Shown piece by piece: positions 36,392 to 50,332 of a stretch of 64,000 nucleotides of DNA. Made by a program: the position numbers and the translations under genes. Every line of letters begins with the position of its first letter. The first letter of the stretch is position 1. This DNA comes from Podarcis tiliguerta. Taxonomy: Eukaryota. A model generated the notes under the pieces. It was not told where the DNA came from. It was given only the letters and a program-made list of their open reading frames with translations, and did not search any database. Location: NCBI GenBank assembly GCA_965153285.1, contig OZ229115.1; one strand, written 5' to 3'.

Positions 36392-37865
36392 CTAAGTGTT
36401 TTAAGAAAAGCTTGCGTGAGCAGTTTCTATACGTAATGTAAGCTTTTAAGTTTTTAACAATATCAAGGTTCTCGCATTTAGATTTTCCCATCCCAGAACT
36501 GTCTAAAAGGATTGGGGGAGGCAGAGTCTGCTCAAGTCTTGGCCCTCAAAAAATAATCAAAATATTTAACTATAATCTAGAAGGGAATTACCTCTTTAAA
36601 CTGCAAAAATAAAGCCTAAGGTTCACATTTGTCATCTTAAACATCTCGCTGTTTGCATCAAGCAAGACATGCTTTTGCCAACATTCTTCACAGAATGAGC
36701 TTGAATATAATCTGAGTACTTTTTAAAAAAATCTTTTAAGTAGAAAGAGAAAAAAGAAACTAAAAGGCAAAACAAACATACGCTTCATGGGCATGCTAAA
36801 TATGCAAAAGAAAAATAGCATAAATACATTTCTACAATACCGAGTATATTTACAGAATAGAACCAATAAATGAGCATTAACATCTAATTGTAAGGGAAAG
36901 AATAAAGGGGAAATACAGGCAAGCAAGCAAAGACATAATTGGGGAAAACAAATTGGAAAAGGACTAGTTACATTCCAAATGAATTCATACTTTACATGGA
37001 CTATATTCAGATGGGTACAGTAACTAAGATACGCCATCAAGGCCACTCAAATGCACACTTAATCCTCGGGCTCCACAGTTCCGCACAGCACTCAGAATTA
37101 TGAGTGAGTTTTTCCATGATTAAAATATGCACAGCCTTTTTTGAGCCAAATATCAAATCTAAAATTTGGACCATCTTTCCACCTTGGGCTATAGGAGGTG
37201 GGCTACCACCATAAGATAAGGCAAGTGGTTTTTATTTAACTGGGGAGTTACTGCCTTTAAATACAGAAAGAAGGCACATAAGCCCAATCTGTTTGGACTA
37301 TTTAACAGTGGTGCTGATTTCAACCATAACAACTGTCCAGGGAGACTGGGGGAAATGGGCATAAAGTGCCAATAAGTCTTTATGGCTCCACAGTTCCACC
37401 AACAGGACATATTCTCAGAGTTTGAATATGTACCATGTGAAAGGTGCTATCTATTAATAATTTTCATGAATTTTCTCAAATCTAAACAACAATTAAAAAC
37501 ATGTTTCAGTATTGCCTTTGTTTATATTTCTGATTTGGGGATGTGTTTTCTACCCTGGGCTCTATCGAAAGGAAGGGCAGGAAATAGATTCAACAAATAA
37601 TAATAAGGTGTCATTTAAAAATGACAGGTTGTACAATGACAATAAAGGTATTATTATTAAACCTGAAAATTTATAAACAATAATTTAAAAGTATTTTCTC
37701 TACTTCCTCATGTGTCACATATTTTGTGAACCCGAGGGCTTAATACTAATTTCTCTAAGACACTCCAGGAGCTTCTTTGGTTAAGGGGCAAGGGTATAAA
37801 TGAATAAATTTCATACAAAAAACTGGCAGTAGAGTACGTTTAAGGTAAAAGCCATTTCCACTCAC

Positions 37866-37929
37866 CTCTATCTGGTTAGCAGTGGCAGTGTTAGATAAGT
37901 CTGTGGTAGCAGATGTACTGTTCCCCATT
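37866..37929 (-). CDS. GLRX2: GLRX2 coding exon 2 (64 nt)
   Basis: (R)MGNSTSATTDLSNTATANQIE; CAG/GTGAG; phase matches exons 1 and 3. Confidence 0.92.
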
Positions 37930-38287
37930 CTGAAATAAAATCATAAATGGAGCCAAATGAATATATTAATGTTATTTTGCAGAGCCCAGTCAATGTTTAC
38001 AGAGCAAATAACATCTAAGCAAAATGAAACAAGAAAGGGAGTTGGCAACTGTGTTTTAACATTTTGCACGTCATTAAGACTTCAGCAGAACCGAACTGTT
38101 TACTGAGATCTATCTTTTTATTATTATATATGGTATTACTATTTTTTGTAACTAGATCTGAGTTCATTTTTGAAGTGGTCTATAAAATTTTGAATAAAAA
38201 TAGCCTATACGTCTCTACTCAGAAATATGTCACATTGAGATCAGAATGTATAATATTGTATGTGTATAAGATAAATTATTATAATTA

Positions 38288-38521
38288 CAGTGGTACCTCA
38301 GGTTAAGTACTTAATTCGTTCTGGAGGTGTGTTCTTAACCTGAAACAGTTCTTAACCTGAAGCACCACTTTAGCTAATGGGGCCTCCTGCTGCCGCCGGG
38401 CCGCCGGAGCACGATTTCTGTTCTCATCCTGAAGCAAAGTTCTTAACCTGAGGTACTATTTCTGGGTTAGCAGAGTCTGTAACCTGAAGCATCTGTAACC
38501 TGAAGCGTATGTAACCCGAGG
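38288..38521 (+). mobile_element. Tigger/pogo-like MITE (right TIR truncated)
   Basis: TA-CAGTGGTACCTC start; near-identical to 53844-54085. Confidence 0.85.
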
Positions 38522-39034
38522 CAAAAGCATCCTGGCCTGGTCACCTGGAGGTAGCCCTTGTTTGCCACAGGCAACTAGGCAATAACCTGTTTACAAACCT
38601 GCCATACAACTGGTACAGCCTAATTGCTTCACATGTTTTGATGCTTCATAATGTCCTTTCTGTAAATAACATGCAAACTGTTATAGACTATAGTGCACAT
38701 GCTATTTACTACATTTATGCAAGTTCTTATACAGGCAGGTGGTTTTCATGCATGCCAGGTACAATATTTTGTGCAACCTCTTTCCAGAGAATTTATGGGT
38801 TGTTTCCCTCGTGAGGAAAGACTACTGAAGATCTGTAATATGTGTTTATATACAAATATGTGTCACTCCTGGCGGGAGAATCCAGGATATGCTTAATCCC
38901 TCTCCCCATTTTTAAATCTATGGGATCTGGAAGTGCTTACTTTTCACAGGATCACACACCATCAACTAGTAAACTTTGCAGAGCTCCACACAGAGGACTG
39001 TTTTTTCATTTGGCACAATGTAACAGTATAGCCT

Positions 39035-39545
39035 TCTTGGGAGAAAAGCAATGACAAACCTAGACAGCATCTTAAAAAGCAGAGACTATGCCAACAAAGG
39101 TCCGTATAGTTAAAGCTATGGTTTTCCCAGTAGTGATGTATGGAAGTGAGAGCAGGACCAGGCTGATCGCTGAAGAATTGATGCTTTTGAATTATAGGGC
39201 TGGAGGAGACTCTTGAGAGTCCCATGTACTGCAAGAAGATCAAACCTCTCCATTCTTAAGGAAATCAGCCCTGAGTGCTCACTGGAAAGATAGATCCTGA
39301 AGCTGAGGCTTCAATACTTTGGCCACCTCATGAGAAGAGAAAACTCCCTGGAAAAGACCCTGATGTTGGGAAAGATGGAGGGCACAAGGAGAAGGGGACG
39401 AGAGAGGGCGAGATGGTTGGACAGTGTTCTCGAAGCTACCAACATGAGTTTGACCAAACTGCGGGAGGCAGTGGAAGACAGAAGTGCCTGGCGTGCTCTG
39501 GTCCATGGGATCACGAAGAGTCAGACACGACTAAACAACAACAAC
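39035..39545 (+). mobile_element. RTE-BovB LINE 3' fragment
   Basis: MRRENSLEKTLMLGKMEGTRRRGR..RWLDSV..W, (CAA)n tail, 13-bp TSD aacagtatagcct (39022-39034 / 39546-39558). Confidence 0.92.
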
Positions 39546-40267
39546 AACAGTATAGCCTATACCAGGTGGTCCAACTTTTCATACCAAGTGCAAGTACTTT
39601 GACACAGAACCCGCAGGCCACACAGTGAATTAAATTTCCACATCGCAAATTAAAGTGTTTGCAATATACTTAATATTATTTAGTATACACAATTAATAGA
39701 TTTGATTCAATATATTTTATTAAATACACAATAAATAGGTTTAAATCTCAGCATTGTGGGTTCCAGCCCCACGTTGGGCAAAAGATTCCTGCATTGCAGG
39801 AGGCTGGACTAGATGACCCTGGCAGTCCCTTCCAACTCTACAGTTTTGTGACGAAGGAATCCCAGTGACTGATCCTAGCGCTAATACAAAGAAACCATGG
39901 GATCCATTTTAATACACAAGCAAATGCGTGACACAAAAAATAAAATTTCCAAGGGTTTAAGATCTTTTTTTCTCAAACGTTGACACCCTGACCTGTACCA
40001 GGCTTTTAAAATAAAAATACTGCATATTGAAGCAACTTGGAGATGCTGTGGTCTGTACCTCCCTGGAACTCCTCCCCCAAAATCTGAAAGCATGAGACTC
40101 TTGACACAAATCTGCTTGTTTCTAGAGACTCTGAACCTGTTGCTGTCTGAGGGAAAGGGCCCAGCTTTGCCGATGGACACCTTATAACCTAAGCTGCGGG
40201 GAACTGGAAGGGACAACATGAAAGCCTTGCCCTGGTTTGCTCCTTCTTAGGAGTGAGATGAGGAAGC

Positions 40268-40738
40268 CTAGAGCTGGAAGGGAACCCAGGATCATCTAGT
40301 CCAACACCCTGGCCATGCAGGAATATGCAGCTCAGTGCCGGATTTACATATAAGCTAAACAAGCTATAGCTTGGCCCCATTCTCTTGCCCCCCCAAATAT
40401 ACTACTTCTTAATTGTATTTCTCTATTAATATACTTCTTAATTGCATGTCAGTTCAACAATTGCTTTGATAAAATACATATTTTGTTATGTGCAAATGGC
40501 TTTAGATACCTATTAGGTCCATAAATTGCCATATTGCATATATTCAACACAAAAAAACAGCGACAATTTGTTGTTGGCAAAGGACAGCTGGACATATAAA
40601 GGGCCCCATTACCTTCAGTTACTTAGGGCCTCATCAAACCTAAATCCAGCCCTGATGCAACTGTCCCCATGTGGGGATCGAACCTGCGAGCTTGGTGTTG
40701 TGAGCACCATGCTGGAATACCAATTGAGCTGTCCAGTT
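40268..40738 (-). mobile_element. tRNA-derived SINE with CR1-like tail, interrupted by hAT MITE (40333-40654)
   Basis: Minus-strand A/B boxes (cagctcaattggt, ggttcgatccc); insert belongs to the 9198-9585 family, TSD atgcagct/atgcaact. Confidence 0.75.
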
Positions 40739-40859
40739 GCCAAGGGAAGGAGCGCGGAGCGAAAAGAGGGAAGGGAGGCCGCAAGAGGTTGGGAGCAGAG
40801 AGAAAGCAGCAGCATGCAAAAAAGGGGAATGCAAGACAAACTGAATCAATGCAGGACAT

Positions 40860-41325
40860 AGCATTTTACTGGAAAATAGGGGCAATCTTGTATGACCAAT
40901 GGCATTTTATATCGAAACAAGGGGCAATCTTGTATGACCAATGGCATTTTACATTGGAATAAAGCACAATCTTGTATGACCAATGGCATTTTACACTGAA
41001 ACAAGGGACAGTCTTGTATGATCAAGGGCATTTCACATTGAAACAAGGGGCAATTTTGTATGATCAAGGGCATTTCACATTGAAACAAGGGGCAATCTTG
41101 TATGATCAATGGCATTTTACATTGAAATAAAGGGCAATCTTGTACGACCAAGGGCATTTTACATTGAAACAAGGGCTAAATCTTGTATGATCAATGGCAT
41201 TTTACATTGAAATAAAGGGCAATCTTGTATGACCAAGGGCATTTTACATTGAAACAAGGGCTAAATCTCGTATGATCAATGGCATTTTACCTTGAAATAA
41301 GGGGCAATCTTGCATGATCAAGGCA
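40860..41325. repeat. Minisatellite, about 11 copies of a 42-43 bp unit
   Basis: Consensus GGCATTTTACATTGAAACAAGGGGCAATCTTGTATGAYCAAK in direct tandem, no spacers. Confidence 0.95.
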
Positions 41326-41429
41326 ACCCTGCTTGGGGAAAACCTTGCAAAGCGCCTGCTAGGGAAGAAAACCCTTGCAACGCGGACAGCGCTCCCCCCC
41401 CCCCGCGTCCCACCCCCGCCAGTACTGAC

Positions 41430-41479
41430 CTTCGCCAGCCCCGCAGCAGACTCAGCCTGGGCAGCGCCTTCAAAGCCAT
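41430..41479 (-). CDS. GLRX2: GLRX2 coding exon 1 (50 nt), likely mitochondrial targeting peptide
   Basis: MALKALPRLSLLRGWRR: Arg/Leu-rich, no acidic residues; AG|GTCAGT donor; phase 2 fits exon 2; in CpG island. Confidence 0.85.
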
Positions 41480-42013
41480 AGGCAACAGCAGCAACAGCAG
41501 ATGAGGAAACAGAGGGCGGGGTTTTGCTCAGGCCCCGCCCCTTGGCCCCGTCCTCTTTCGGCCCCGCTCCTCCCTCGAGGACCCTCACCGCTTGAGGCTG
41601 GCTATCCGAGTGCCTGCTTGGTGATTAATTTTTGTCTCCACCCTTCCCTTCCCAGCGCGGGCCTCTGACGGGCTTCCTCCGCTGCCCATCACGCGCGGGG
41701 GGGCGGGGCCTCGCCTCAGAACGCTAGGAGCAGGAGGAGGCGGGGCTCCAGGGAGGCGTCCGTTCTACTTGCGTGCGCAGGCGCCAGCTAGGTCAGGCCA
41801 GCGTGGGGTCCTTCTTCTCTTTCTCGCGGCGGCGGCGGCTGGGCCAGTCAGTCAGCGAGTCGCTCGCTCGGTGGTTCGTTCGGTTTGTTTTCCTGTCAGC
41901 GAGTGAGGCGGAGGAGGGCGGCGGCGGCGGACTTGAGGAGAGCCGAGCCGTCGGAGCGAGCGCGCGCCCCGGGTCCGCGAGGCCGGCGAAGGGAGCGAGC
42001 GAGGCTTTTCTGA

Positions 42014-42166
<153 letters not shown>

Positions 42167-42752
42167 TGAGTCCCAGGTCGCGAGGAGGAGGAGGAGGAGG
42201 AAGGAGAGGCGCCTTTTAAAAGCTCTGTAAAGCTGGACGACTCCAGCTGCCGGGCCGGCGGAACGGGCTGCCTCATGATTCTTAAGCGTGTTGGTTCTGT
42301 GGGGTTTGGTTCATCCCGCATGAAGAAGCTCCCCTGCCCACTGCACCCGTCTACCTTCCCAAGCTTCGTTTCCAGCATGCACAGAAAAGTTCTGCTGGGG
42401 CTGCATAAAGATACTTTAAACGTTGCACATAGGGCTTAACGTTTCTGTGGCGGTAGTTGCCTTTGGAAAATTGAGCTCCTCCTGTATAGAAATGCTTTAC
42501 GTTGTATAGGGCTTTAATATTTCCGTGGCAATAGTTTCCGTTGGGAACTGGGCTCGCCCTGTGCTGTATAGAAATGCTTACATTGCATAGGGGTTTAATA
42601 TTTCTGTGGCAATAATTTATTGTATTTTAATATTTTGCTGTAGCTGGGGAAACCCAGCCAGATGGGCGGGGTATAAATAAATTATTATTATTATTTCCCT
42701 TGGAACTGCACCCAAGCGACAAGAACCCTGCATCCATGCTGTACGATAAATA

Positions 42753-42920
42753 CCATATTTTTCCGTGCATAAGATGGCCCCATATATAAGACGCCCCCTA
42801 CTTTTGGGGATTCCAAATTAAGAAAACACCCCTCAGCACTACTTGTGTATAAGACGCGCCCCAATTTTAAACCTAATTTTTTGGTTAAAACAACCTAGTC
42901 TTATACACAGAAAAATATGG
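42753..42920. mobile_element. Tc1/mariner-type MITE
   Basis: TA-flanked TIRs CCATATTTTTCCGTG / CACAGAAAAATATGG with ATAAGAC subterminal repeats. Confidence 0.75.
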
Positions 42921-44747
42921 TATTCAGGGGAGGGGATTAATATTTTCTAAGAAAAAATATGCAAAGGAAGAATAAAATATTCACAGATTTAGAATCATAG
43001 TCTTAATCTCCAGTCCCATGTTGGGCAAAAAGATTATTGTGTTGCAGGGAGTTGGACTAGATTGCCCTTAGGGTGCCTTCCAACTCTGTGATTCTCTGAT
43101 TCCACCCCCAGTGACTGGGGTAGGTTGCCTTTGCACACAGGGCTCTCGTATAGCGCATTTCAATGCATTTGACTAATTCTTTTTTTAAAAAAGCCATTTA
43201 GGCCAGAGCCTGTGTCACCACATCATGCAGGAACAAGTTCTGTAAACTGGGGGTGTCAGCACTGTAGCTTTGTGCGTGCTTGCCGGGGAGGGAGTACTGC
43301 ATGCTGTATTCAAGTCATGAATTTGTGGGGGAAGCAGGTGGAGAGGTGTGTCTTTCTGACCTCCTGCAAGTATGAGGAGTATAGGGTCCCTAGGAAGAGT
43401 TAGGAGAGTCAGGCTGGAGTCTTGTATGTACTTTCTGGGAAGTAAGTCTCGCTGAACTCTGCAGTGCATTGGGTAATGGGAAGTGTGGTGCTTCAGGTGG
43501 TGCAGGCCTACAGCTTCCACAGTCCTTGCTGGTTGGGGCTGATGGAAGTTTGTAGTCTGGCAACAGTTGGAGGGCCACAGGTCCCCCATCCATGGCATCA
43601 CATGCTTAGGGGCAGTATTAAGGTGAAGTCATATTTATTTATACCTGGGAATAAAGAATTGCAGAAGTCAGTGGGCCTTGTTATTGAATTGCACACTCTC
43701 TCACTTAATTGGGTTTTAAGAAAGAGAGGACGGCAAGGACGAAAGGAGGCAATCCTTGAAAAGTTGAGAGAAAGAGCTCAGGATGGGGATGCCCTGTGAC
43801 TCCTGTGCAAATAGTAATGTTCTTTTTGTTGAAGGAAGAGTTAAGAGTCGGGTTAAAAGTTTTATAATTTGGCCCTGCTTCTGCGCCTGTAGCAGGAATC
43901 AAACATGGAAGAAGGAGCCAAATTGCACGCAAGAGCTAAAGTTGGAAAGGCTCTTCCTTTTGTTTAATCTCCAAGTCTGAAGATTCACCTGCTTAATTTC
44001 TGCCTGAGGGCTGCTACTAGAGAAACAAGAAGTGGACCACATGAAAAGGAAAAAAATGACAACTAGTTGGGGAACTGTAAACACATACATATATGAGGGT
44101 CAGTCCCATTAAGTCCAGATGCATGCTTACCTGGGAATGAGAGTAACTGCTGTTACCATTTGGACTGGCATCTGAGTAAGCATAGTTAAGACAAAGCTGT
44201 AAGAATTTCTCTTCCACTTTTTTCGTACACCACTCCAGATGAGTGCAAGTGAAAAAGGAGTCCCCACAGTCTGGGTTTTTCTTTCAATACTACTAGAGTG
44301 TAGAATCTTAATTTTTAAGGAAAGTATGGAAAGTATGCAAGCTTGAATAAACCATCCTGTTTCTGGATATCAAGATTTGTATAGAAGTAGTAACAGCCTG
44401 CAGTCCTAAACCTACCTACTTAGGAGTAAGTTCCATTTAATTCAGTAAGGCTGATTTCTGAGTAGACATGGTTAGGTTTGTTCCAATTATTCCAGTGCTG
44501 ATAATCCTTTTTGAGGATAATTCTTACTAGTTTCTTTTGACCTGTATCTGTTGGGAGGGGCAAAGAGAATGCCTCACAGCCTGTGTGGAAAAATGACACC
44601 TTTTTCTTTGCCATGTAGTGTGCATGTTTTCACTTCTTTTTCCATCCTCCGTGGGAGAGGGAAAGGGTAAGGACAACAGAAGGACCCCCCCCCCCATTTT
44701 TCTTACCTTTCTCAATGCCAAATGGGGTTCACTATGAAATCCTAATG

Positions 44748-44810
44748 CAATCTAGTTGCAAAGTTGGATCCAAGAGCCAATCTAGTTGCAAAGTTGGATC
44801 CAAGAGCCAA
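44748..44810. repeat. Perfect 30-bp tandem duplication
   Basis: caatctagttgcaaagttggatccaagagc x2. Confidence 0.9.
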
Positions 44811-46898
44811 ATGTGGAGTTTCCAAACATGACTTTGCTGAGAGGAGATTGGGATGCACTGATTAGGATTTTCCCTGGGTTACAGAGCTTCCTGCCAGAGT
44901 GTGATTTGCTGTCTTTGAACCGTAGAGCTAAAGATTATGCACCTGTTCATCCCTTGCCCAGCTTATCTGAGGTTTTGAGAGACAGTGGTAGTTGTGTCTT
45001 GCTGAAGTTTGTTCAGAGATTCATGTTTATCTAACCCTCTCTCCTGACTAACTTTGATTGGTTACTTGTGGCGTTCTTTTCAAAGGTTCTTTATCTGATT
45101 GGCACCAGGACTTGTCACCTGGCTGCTGGAGATGCATGTTCCATCAAGAACTGTGCATGGCTGTGCAGTTCAAGAAGGAAAATCCTTTCCTCTAATGCAA
45201 GTTTTATAGCTGTATATGCCTAGTTATGTTGTGCACACTTTGGAGGGTATACTACGGAGTTTTTAAAACAGCTTTAACAAATTGGACCGTAGTTCACTTT
45301 TAATAATTGGCATGTTGTAGCTTGTATTGCTAACAGTTAAAGTTGATTCCACAGTCTGGTGTAGCTAAACCTGTTAACTAAAACTGGCCCAGTTTTTGAC
45401 TTGGCTGTGAACTGACTAGGAGATGATTGCACACCAGAGGGGTTAGAGCTGCTATCAATTTTAAAATACCAATACTGCCTTTCTTACTTGGGGAAAATAG
45501 TAAGAGCCATCAATGTTGTTATAATTAAAACACTTGCACAAAATGGCGATGAAGCACCTATACAGAAATACAAATTTACAAGATAGCAAGTTATAAACTG
45601 CACAGGCTCCCCAGTCCATGTTGCCTGAACCAGAGATGGAAATATAGTGAGGGTGGAGAGTTTGCCTCTATGGAGTGAGGATGGGTACTAAAGAACTAGG
45701 CAAGTTACAGTTGGGGCATAAGTGCAGCAAGAGGGGAAGCTCAAATTCTCTGCACTCACTGCTCAGAGCAGAGTCAAAATAGAGACTTAGGTTTGGGATA
45801 TGTGCAGGTGAACCTAGGTTTTTTTGGGGGGTGTAACAGTATTGTACAGATACAGACTCGAGGGATACATGATTGATGTCATATCACTGTTCACCTCACA
45901 TTCTGTGGTAAACCCAGATTTTCTGATTACTGTCCAAGGACCCATTTTCTAATTGGTGTTTGCATATTCAGTCGGAGATCCAGAGGTAACTTTGAAGTCC
46001 TTGCTTTATGCTGAGAGGCAAACAACAGCACTTTCTGGGTGCTGTTCAAGGCTGCATGGTGGAGGAAAAGCAAAGGGAACCTTGATTATGTACATGGTAT
46101 TCCCATGTGCCAGATGTGTTGGATTACAACTATACTGAACAAATATAGCAGCCGAGTTTCTATGGTGTGCCACAAAAGGCAAGCACACAAGGATACCTGT
46201 CTTCAAGTTAAACTCACTACGTACAACAGTAGATTATAAGCCCGTCAATTTACAACATTTTTGGTGAGTTTTTAAAAAGTGTGACTACTTTTGTGCTCTT
46301 TGCTTTTATTCTGAAGGTTATCTAGTTTGGGGCATATTGATTGCTCCTCTCCAGTTTGGTTGCCCTTCAGGCAAGGAATCTTTAAAAAAAATTAAAAATG
46401 CATGTGTTCCAGGTGTCCAGAAAACGAACGAATGAAAAGTGTTAGGATGGCAAACTTGAGGGCCACATTGAATAAATATTTGGCAATGCTTGGAGTCAGA
46501 CTGCATGCTACAGTGTAATCTTTAGTCTTGACATTTAAAAATAATGGGATGAATTAGAAGAGACAATAGGGGGTTGAGTTAACCCTTCCCTAGCCTTCTA
46601 CTTTTCCGCTTCCCTGCCCTCTGTCACAGCTGCATTTATCCCTACTGGAATTTCAGACCTATGTTTACCTTGCAGCCCTTTTGGTGTTGGGAAGATTTAC
46701 TCGAGGAAATATTTCAGTGGGAATAGCCAGCTGATAAAGGAGTTAGGCACAAGCTTCTTTCTTACACCATATTTTTTTGTGCATCTTGCATTTCTGAGGA
46801 TGCCTTGCACTGGAGAAGCTCTCATTGGTCTAACATTACTTATGTCTGCTTTATAACATGTGATTTGACCCCTATTACCATCTTTTAGTTTAAGGTAG

Positions 46899-47267
46899 GG
46901 GACGCGGGTGGCGCTGTGGGTAAAACCACAGTGCCTAGGACTTGCTGATCGTATGGTCAGCGGTTCGAATCCCCGTGGCGGGGTGAGCTCCCGTCATTCG
47001 GTCCCAGCTCCTGCCCACCTAGCAGTTTGAAAGCACCCTTAAGTGCAAGTAGATAAATAGGTACCGCTTTATAGCGGGAGGGTAACCAGCGTTTCCGTGT
47101 GCTGCGCTGGTGCTGGTTCGCCAGAGCAGCTTCGTCACGCTGGCCACGTGACCCGGAAGTGTCTCCGGACAGCGCTGGCCCCCGGCCTCTTAAGTGAGAT
47201 GGGCGCACAACCCTAGAGTCAGACACGACTGGCCCATACGGGCAGGGGTACCTTTACCTTTACCTTT
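46899..47267 (+). mobile_element. Sauria SINE, full length
   Basis: GGGACGCGGGTGGCGCTGTGG head, B box GGTTCGAATCC, (ACCTTT)n tail. Confidence 0.92.
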
Positions 47268-48882
47268 AATTATCACTTTGCATATTTATAGGCACAAATA
47301 TGCAGAATTCGTCTGTGAAACGCTACACTTATTCTAACATATTTTTGTGTGGTTTGAGTCAGCTTTTAAAAAGTCTTAATATTAATGAGAAATGTAAATT
47401 TTTTTTCACTTCCAGTACTTTTGCAGTTGTTGCTAGAATTCATCAAGTACATACTTCAGCAGAAGGAAAGTTGTTAAATAAAATAAAAACAGTTTTCTGA
47501 CACACCTGCAATGTTCCTGTCTTGTCCAGGCTATCAAATCTTTATGTAGCACTTTTCATTATTAAAGGTAGTTAAAAGATCTGTGTGGGACATCTTAAGA
47601 AGTTGCCTCTCTCCTATTAATTTTATCTTAGAACTCTGTTTTCCCCTCTTCATTTCCTTCCTTCCTTCCTTCCTGGGTGGGGTGTGTGGGTGTGAGAGAG
47701 TTCTGACCTATACATGCACTTTTGCTAAATTGATCACACCTAATCTGTTTTGTGGACATCAGCTGCAGTGCTGAAACTGCTTTGTCGTATCTGGTCCAAA
47801 TTATATTTTCTCACTAGAGTAATTAGTTACATTGACATTACTTGATACCCTGTATAGGGAAACAAAAATAAATTTAATGATAAGACCATTGTCTTCAGGT
47901 ACATCTTTAAAAAATGTCAGGAACCCATTTCTGCACAGCAAAGTACTCAGACCTCTGCCAGTGTAATATGATACCTTAATAGGAACAATTCTGGTTGTAG
48001 CATAGCAACAGTGGTGAGCAGATAGCTTGCAGTAGCAATGTACAACTGGTGGCCCTGCTGCTCAAATCTACCTTTTAAGGGCTTTCCATCTGGTCCTCAG
48101 ATATGCACCTCGACTTTCTATACAGGCCAACCCAAGCAAAAAACCTTTCATCTCTCTCTGTTCACACTTGTGAGTGATACAAAGGGTTTGGCAAAGTCAT
48201 TCCTGTGCTATGTAGTTTCACTGTCTTTCCATGGCACGGGCAAAAGGATTTTGAACTTTTACTTCCTACTGTGAACAAGTGTATCTATCAAAATTATCTT
48301 AAGCGCCACAGTTTCTGTATTTTCCTGTATTTTGGCCCATGTACAAAATATACATTAAGCTACAGAAGAGCCCTTTGGTTGTGCCTTGGCTTATGCAGGA
48401 GTAAGTCAGTGGGTGAAGACATTGTTGCTGACCCTTTCATCTTTTTTTTTTTTTTAATGGAACCTGTTAAAGTATTCCCTATTAGTTGAGCATTTATTTT
48501 GTAATATATTTCCCTTCAAGCTGCCACTGCTTGATTTGGCAGCTGTGCTTGCCCCTTCATAGTGTGCCATCTTGAATGATATAAATACCCAATTTTAAGG
48601 ATATGTTAACCTTTTTGGGACGATTGCCCTTAATAGAAAGAACCTGACTGAAAAGGTCTGTATGCCGTGTGTCTTTGGAAAGGTGGGAAGAGAACAATTC
48701 AAGTATTATGGTGCCTTTCCCTTCAAATTTGTCAAACTTGGCTTAAGTGAGCAGGGTGGGGGAAGGCAGAGTGAGGAAGCAGTAAGCCAAGCTGATCGGT
48801 GGCATTTGCATGAGTTATTTGCCAGACAGTTTTGATATACTGTACAAGTTTGTTGTTTTGTCATGCTTCCAGCTTTTTATGA

Positions 48883-49086
<204 letters not shown>

Positions 49087-49166
49087 TAATGTTGGTTGAT
49101 GTTGTTTCTAACCTGCCTGTTGGTCAACTGAACGTTTGTAGAATTGGAGGGGATGAACTGCTGTGC

Positions 49167-49203
<37 letters not shown>
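49167..49203. repeat. (TAA)n microsatellite
   Basis: About 12 perfect units. Confidence 0.95.
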
Positions 49204-50282
49204 TCAGCAATCGGAAATCATAATCTTGCAATGCCTTATTTAAATGGGGTACATTTTAATCAATGCCCTTAATTTTTTTGGCAGGAACTAAAAAACATAA
49301 CAAAATTGCAACTGAAAAAAACCAAAATTTTACAGGTAGAGGCAGTAGTAGCTGTGATAAGTGTAATTCAGTCCCCCGACCAGAGGTTCTGTAATAGTAT
49401 TGTTTCACATATTTATGCCTTTAAAAATAACTTTTTGTGTTGCTAAATTATATTGCAGTGTCTTGCTGCTTCAGTTTCAGAAATGCACTCACCCTGCCCT
49501 TTCCTAGAGTAAACTGTGTATGTATTTTTGTGTTTTTATATTGTAAACTACCCTGTGATCTTTGTATGAAGCGCAGTATAGAAATCTTCACAATAGTAAT
49601 GATGACAATGATAATAAAGCTCCCTTCTTGAACAGTTTGTCAGAACTATGTTAACCATGCTTGAGGTTAACTAGGATTTCCCTGAACTGAGGACCTGAAA
49701 GTTGAGATCCTGCGAAATTGAGATCCCATGTTAAATGAAATCCTGGTAGGTCTTAATTGCAGTGAGCATTTCCTCTGAGGAAGAGCTATGACCTACCTGT
49801 TCATAAATTGCTAATGGTGTCTAGAAGGAAGCCAGCATTATTTCTTCAAAGTAACAACATTATGTTTGTAAAGCACACCCATGTTGCTGTTTCATTTGCT
49901 GCTTGCCTTTTTTATTGTGTTCTCTCCTTTCAAACACGGTGCATTTCTCAAGAAGCTGATTTCATCAGTGTCATTAAAAGTGCCATGTGGTTTTGGCACA
50001 AACCTTTGATCCAGAACTAGGGATGGATGAGTCTGTCAATTTTGGTTTCTCTTTTTTCCAATCCCAAATTCACTTCACCTGACTTCTGCATTAGTTGGCA
50101 TTTTTATTTATTTATTTTTTAATACCCATAGGTGTTTTCATGTTCATTTCTAATATATGCCTTTTTCAAGTGTGATTTAAGTAGATCCACATTAAAATGC
50201 AAACTTGAACACCACCACCCCAATCCAGAATTGAAAATATTTCAAATTTCTATTTTCAGGAACCTAGGAAACTAGACTGTGC

Positions 50283-50285
<3 letters not shown>

Positions 50286-50328
<43 letters not shown>
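50286..50328. repeat. (TA)n microsatellite
   Basis: About 21 perfect units. Confidence 0.95.

Positions 50329-50332
<4 letters not shown>

Noticed and set aside
40890-40990. Antioxidant response elements in the minisatellite (TGACCAATGGC)
   Set aside because: Spacing does not match TGACnnnGC
40860-41325. CRISPR-like array, or repeat protein from ORF 40846..41172 (CKMPLxxQDCPLFQ)n
   Set aside because: Units abut with no unique spacers, no cas genes, vertebrate intron; the ORF arises because 42 is a multiple of 3 and breaks at the 43-bp units
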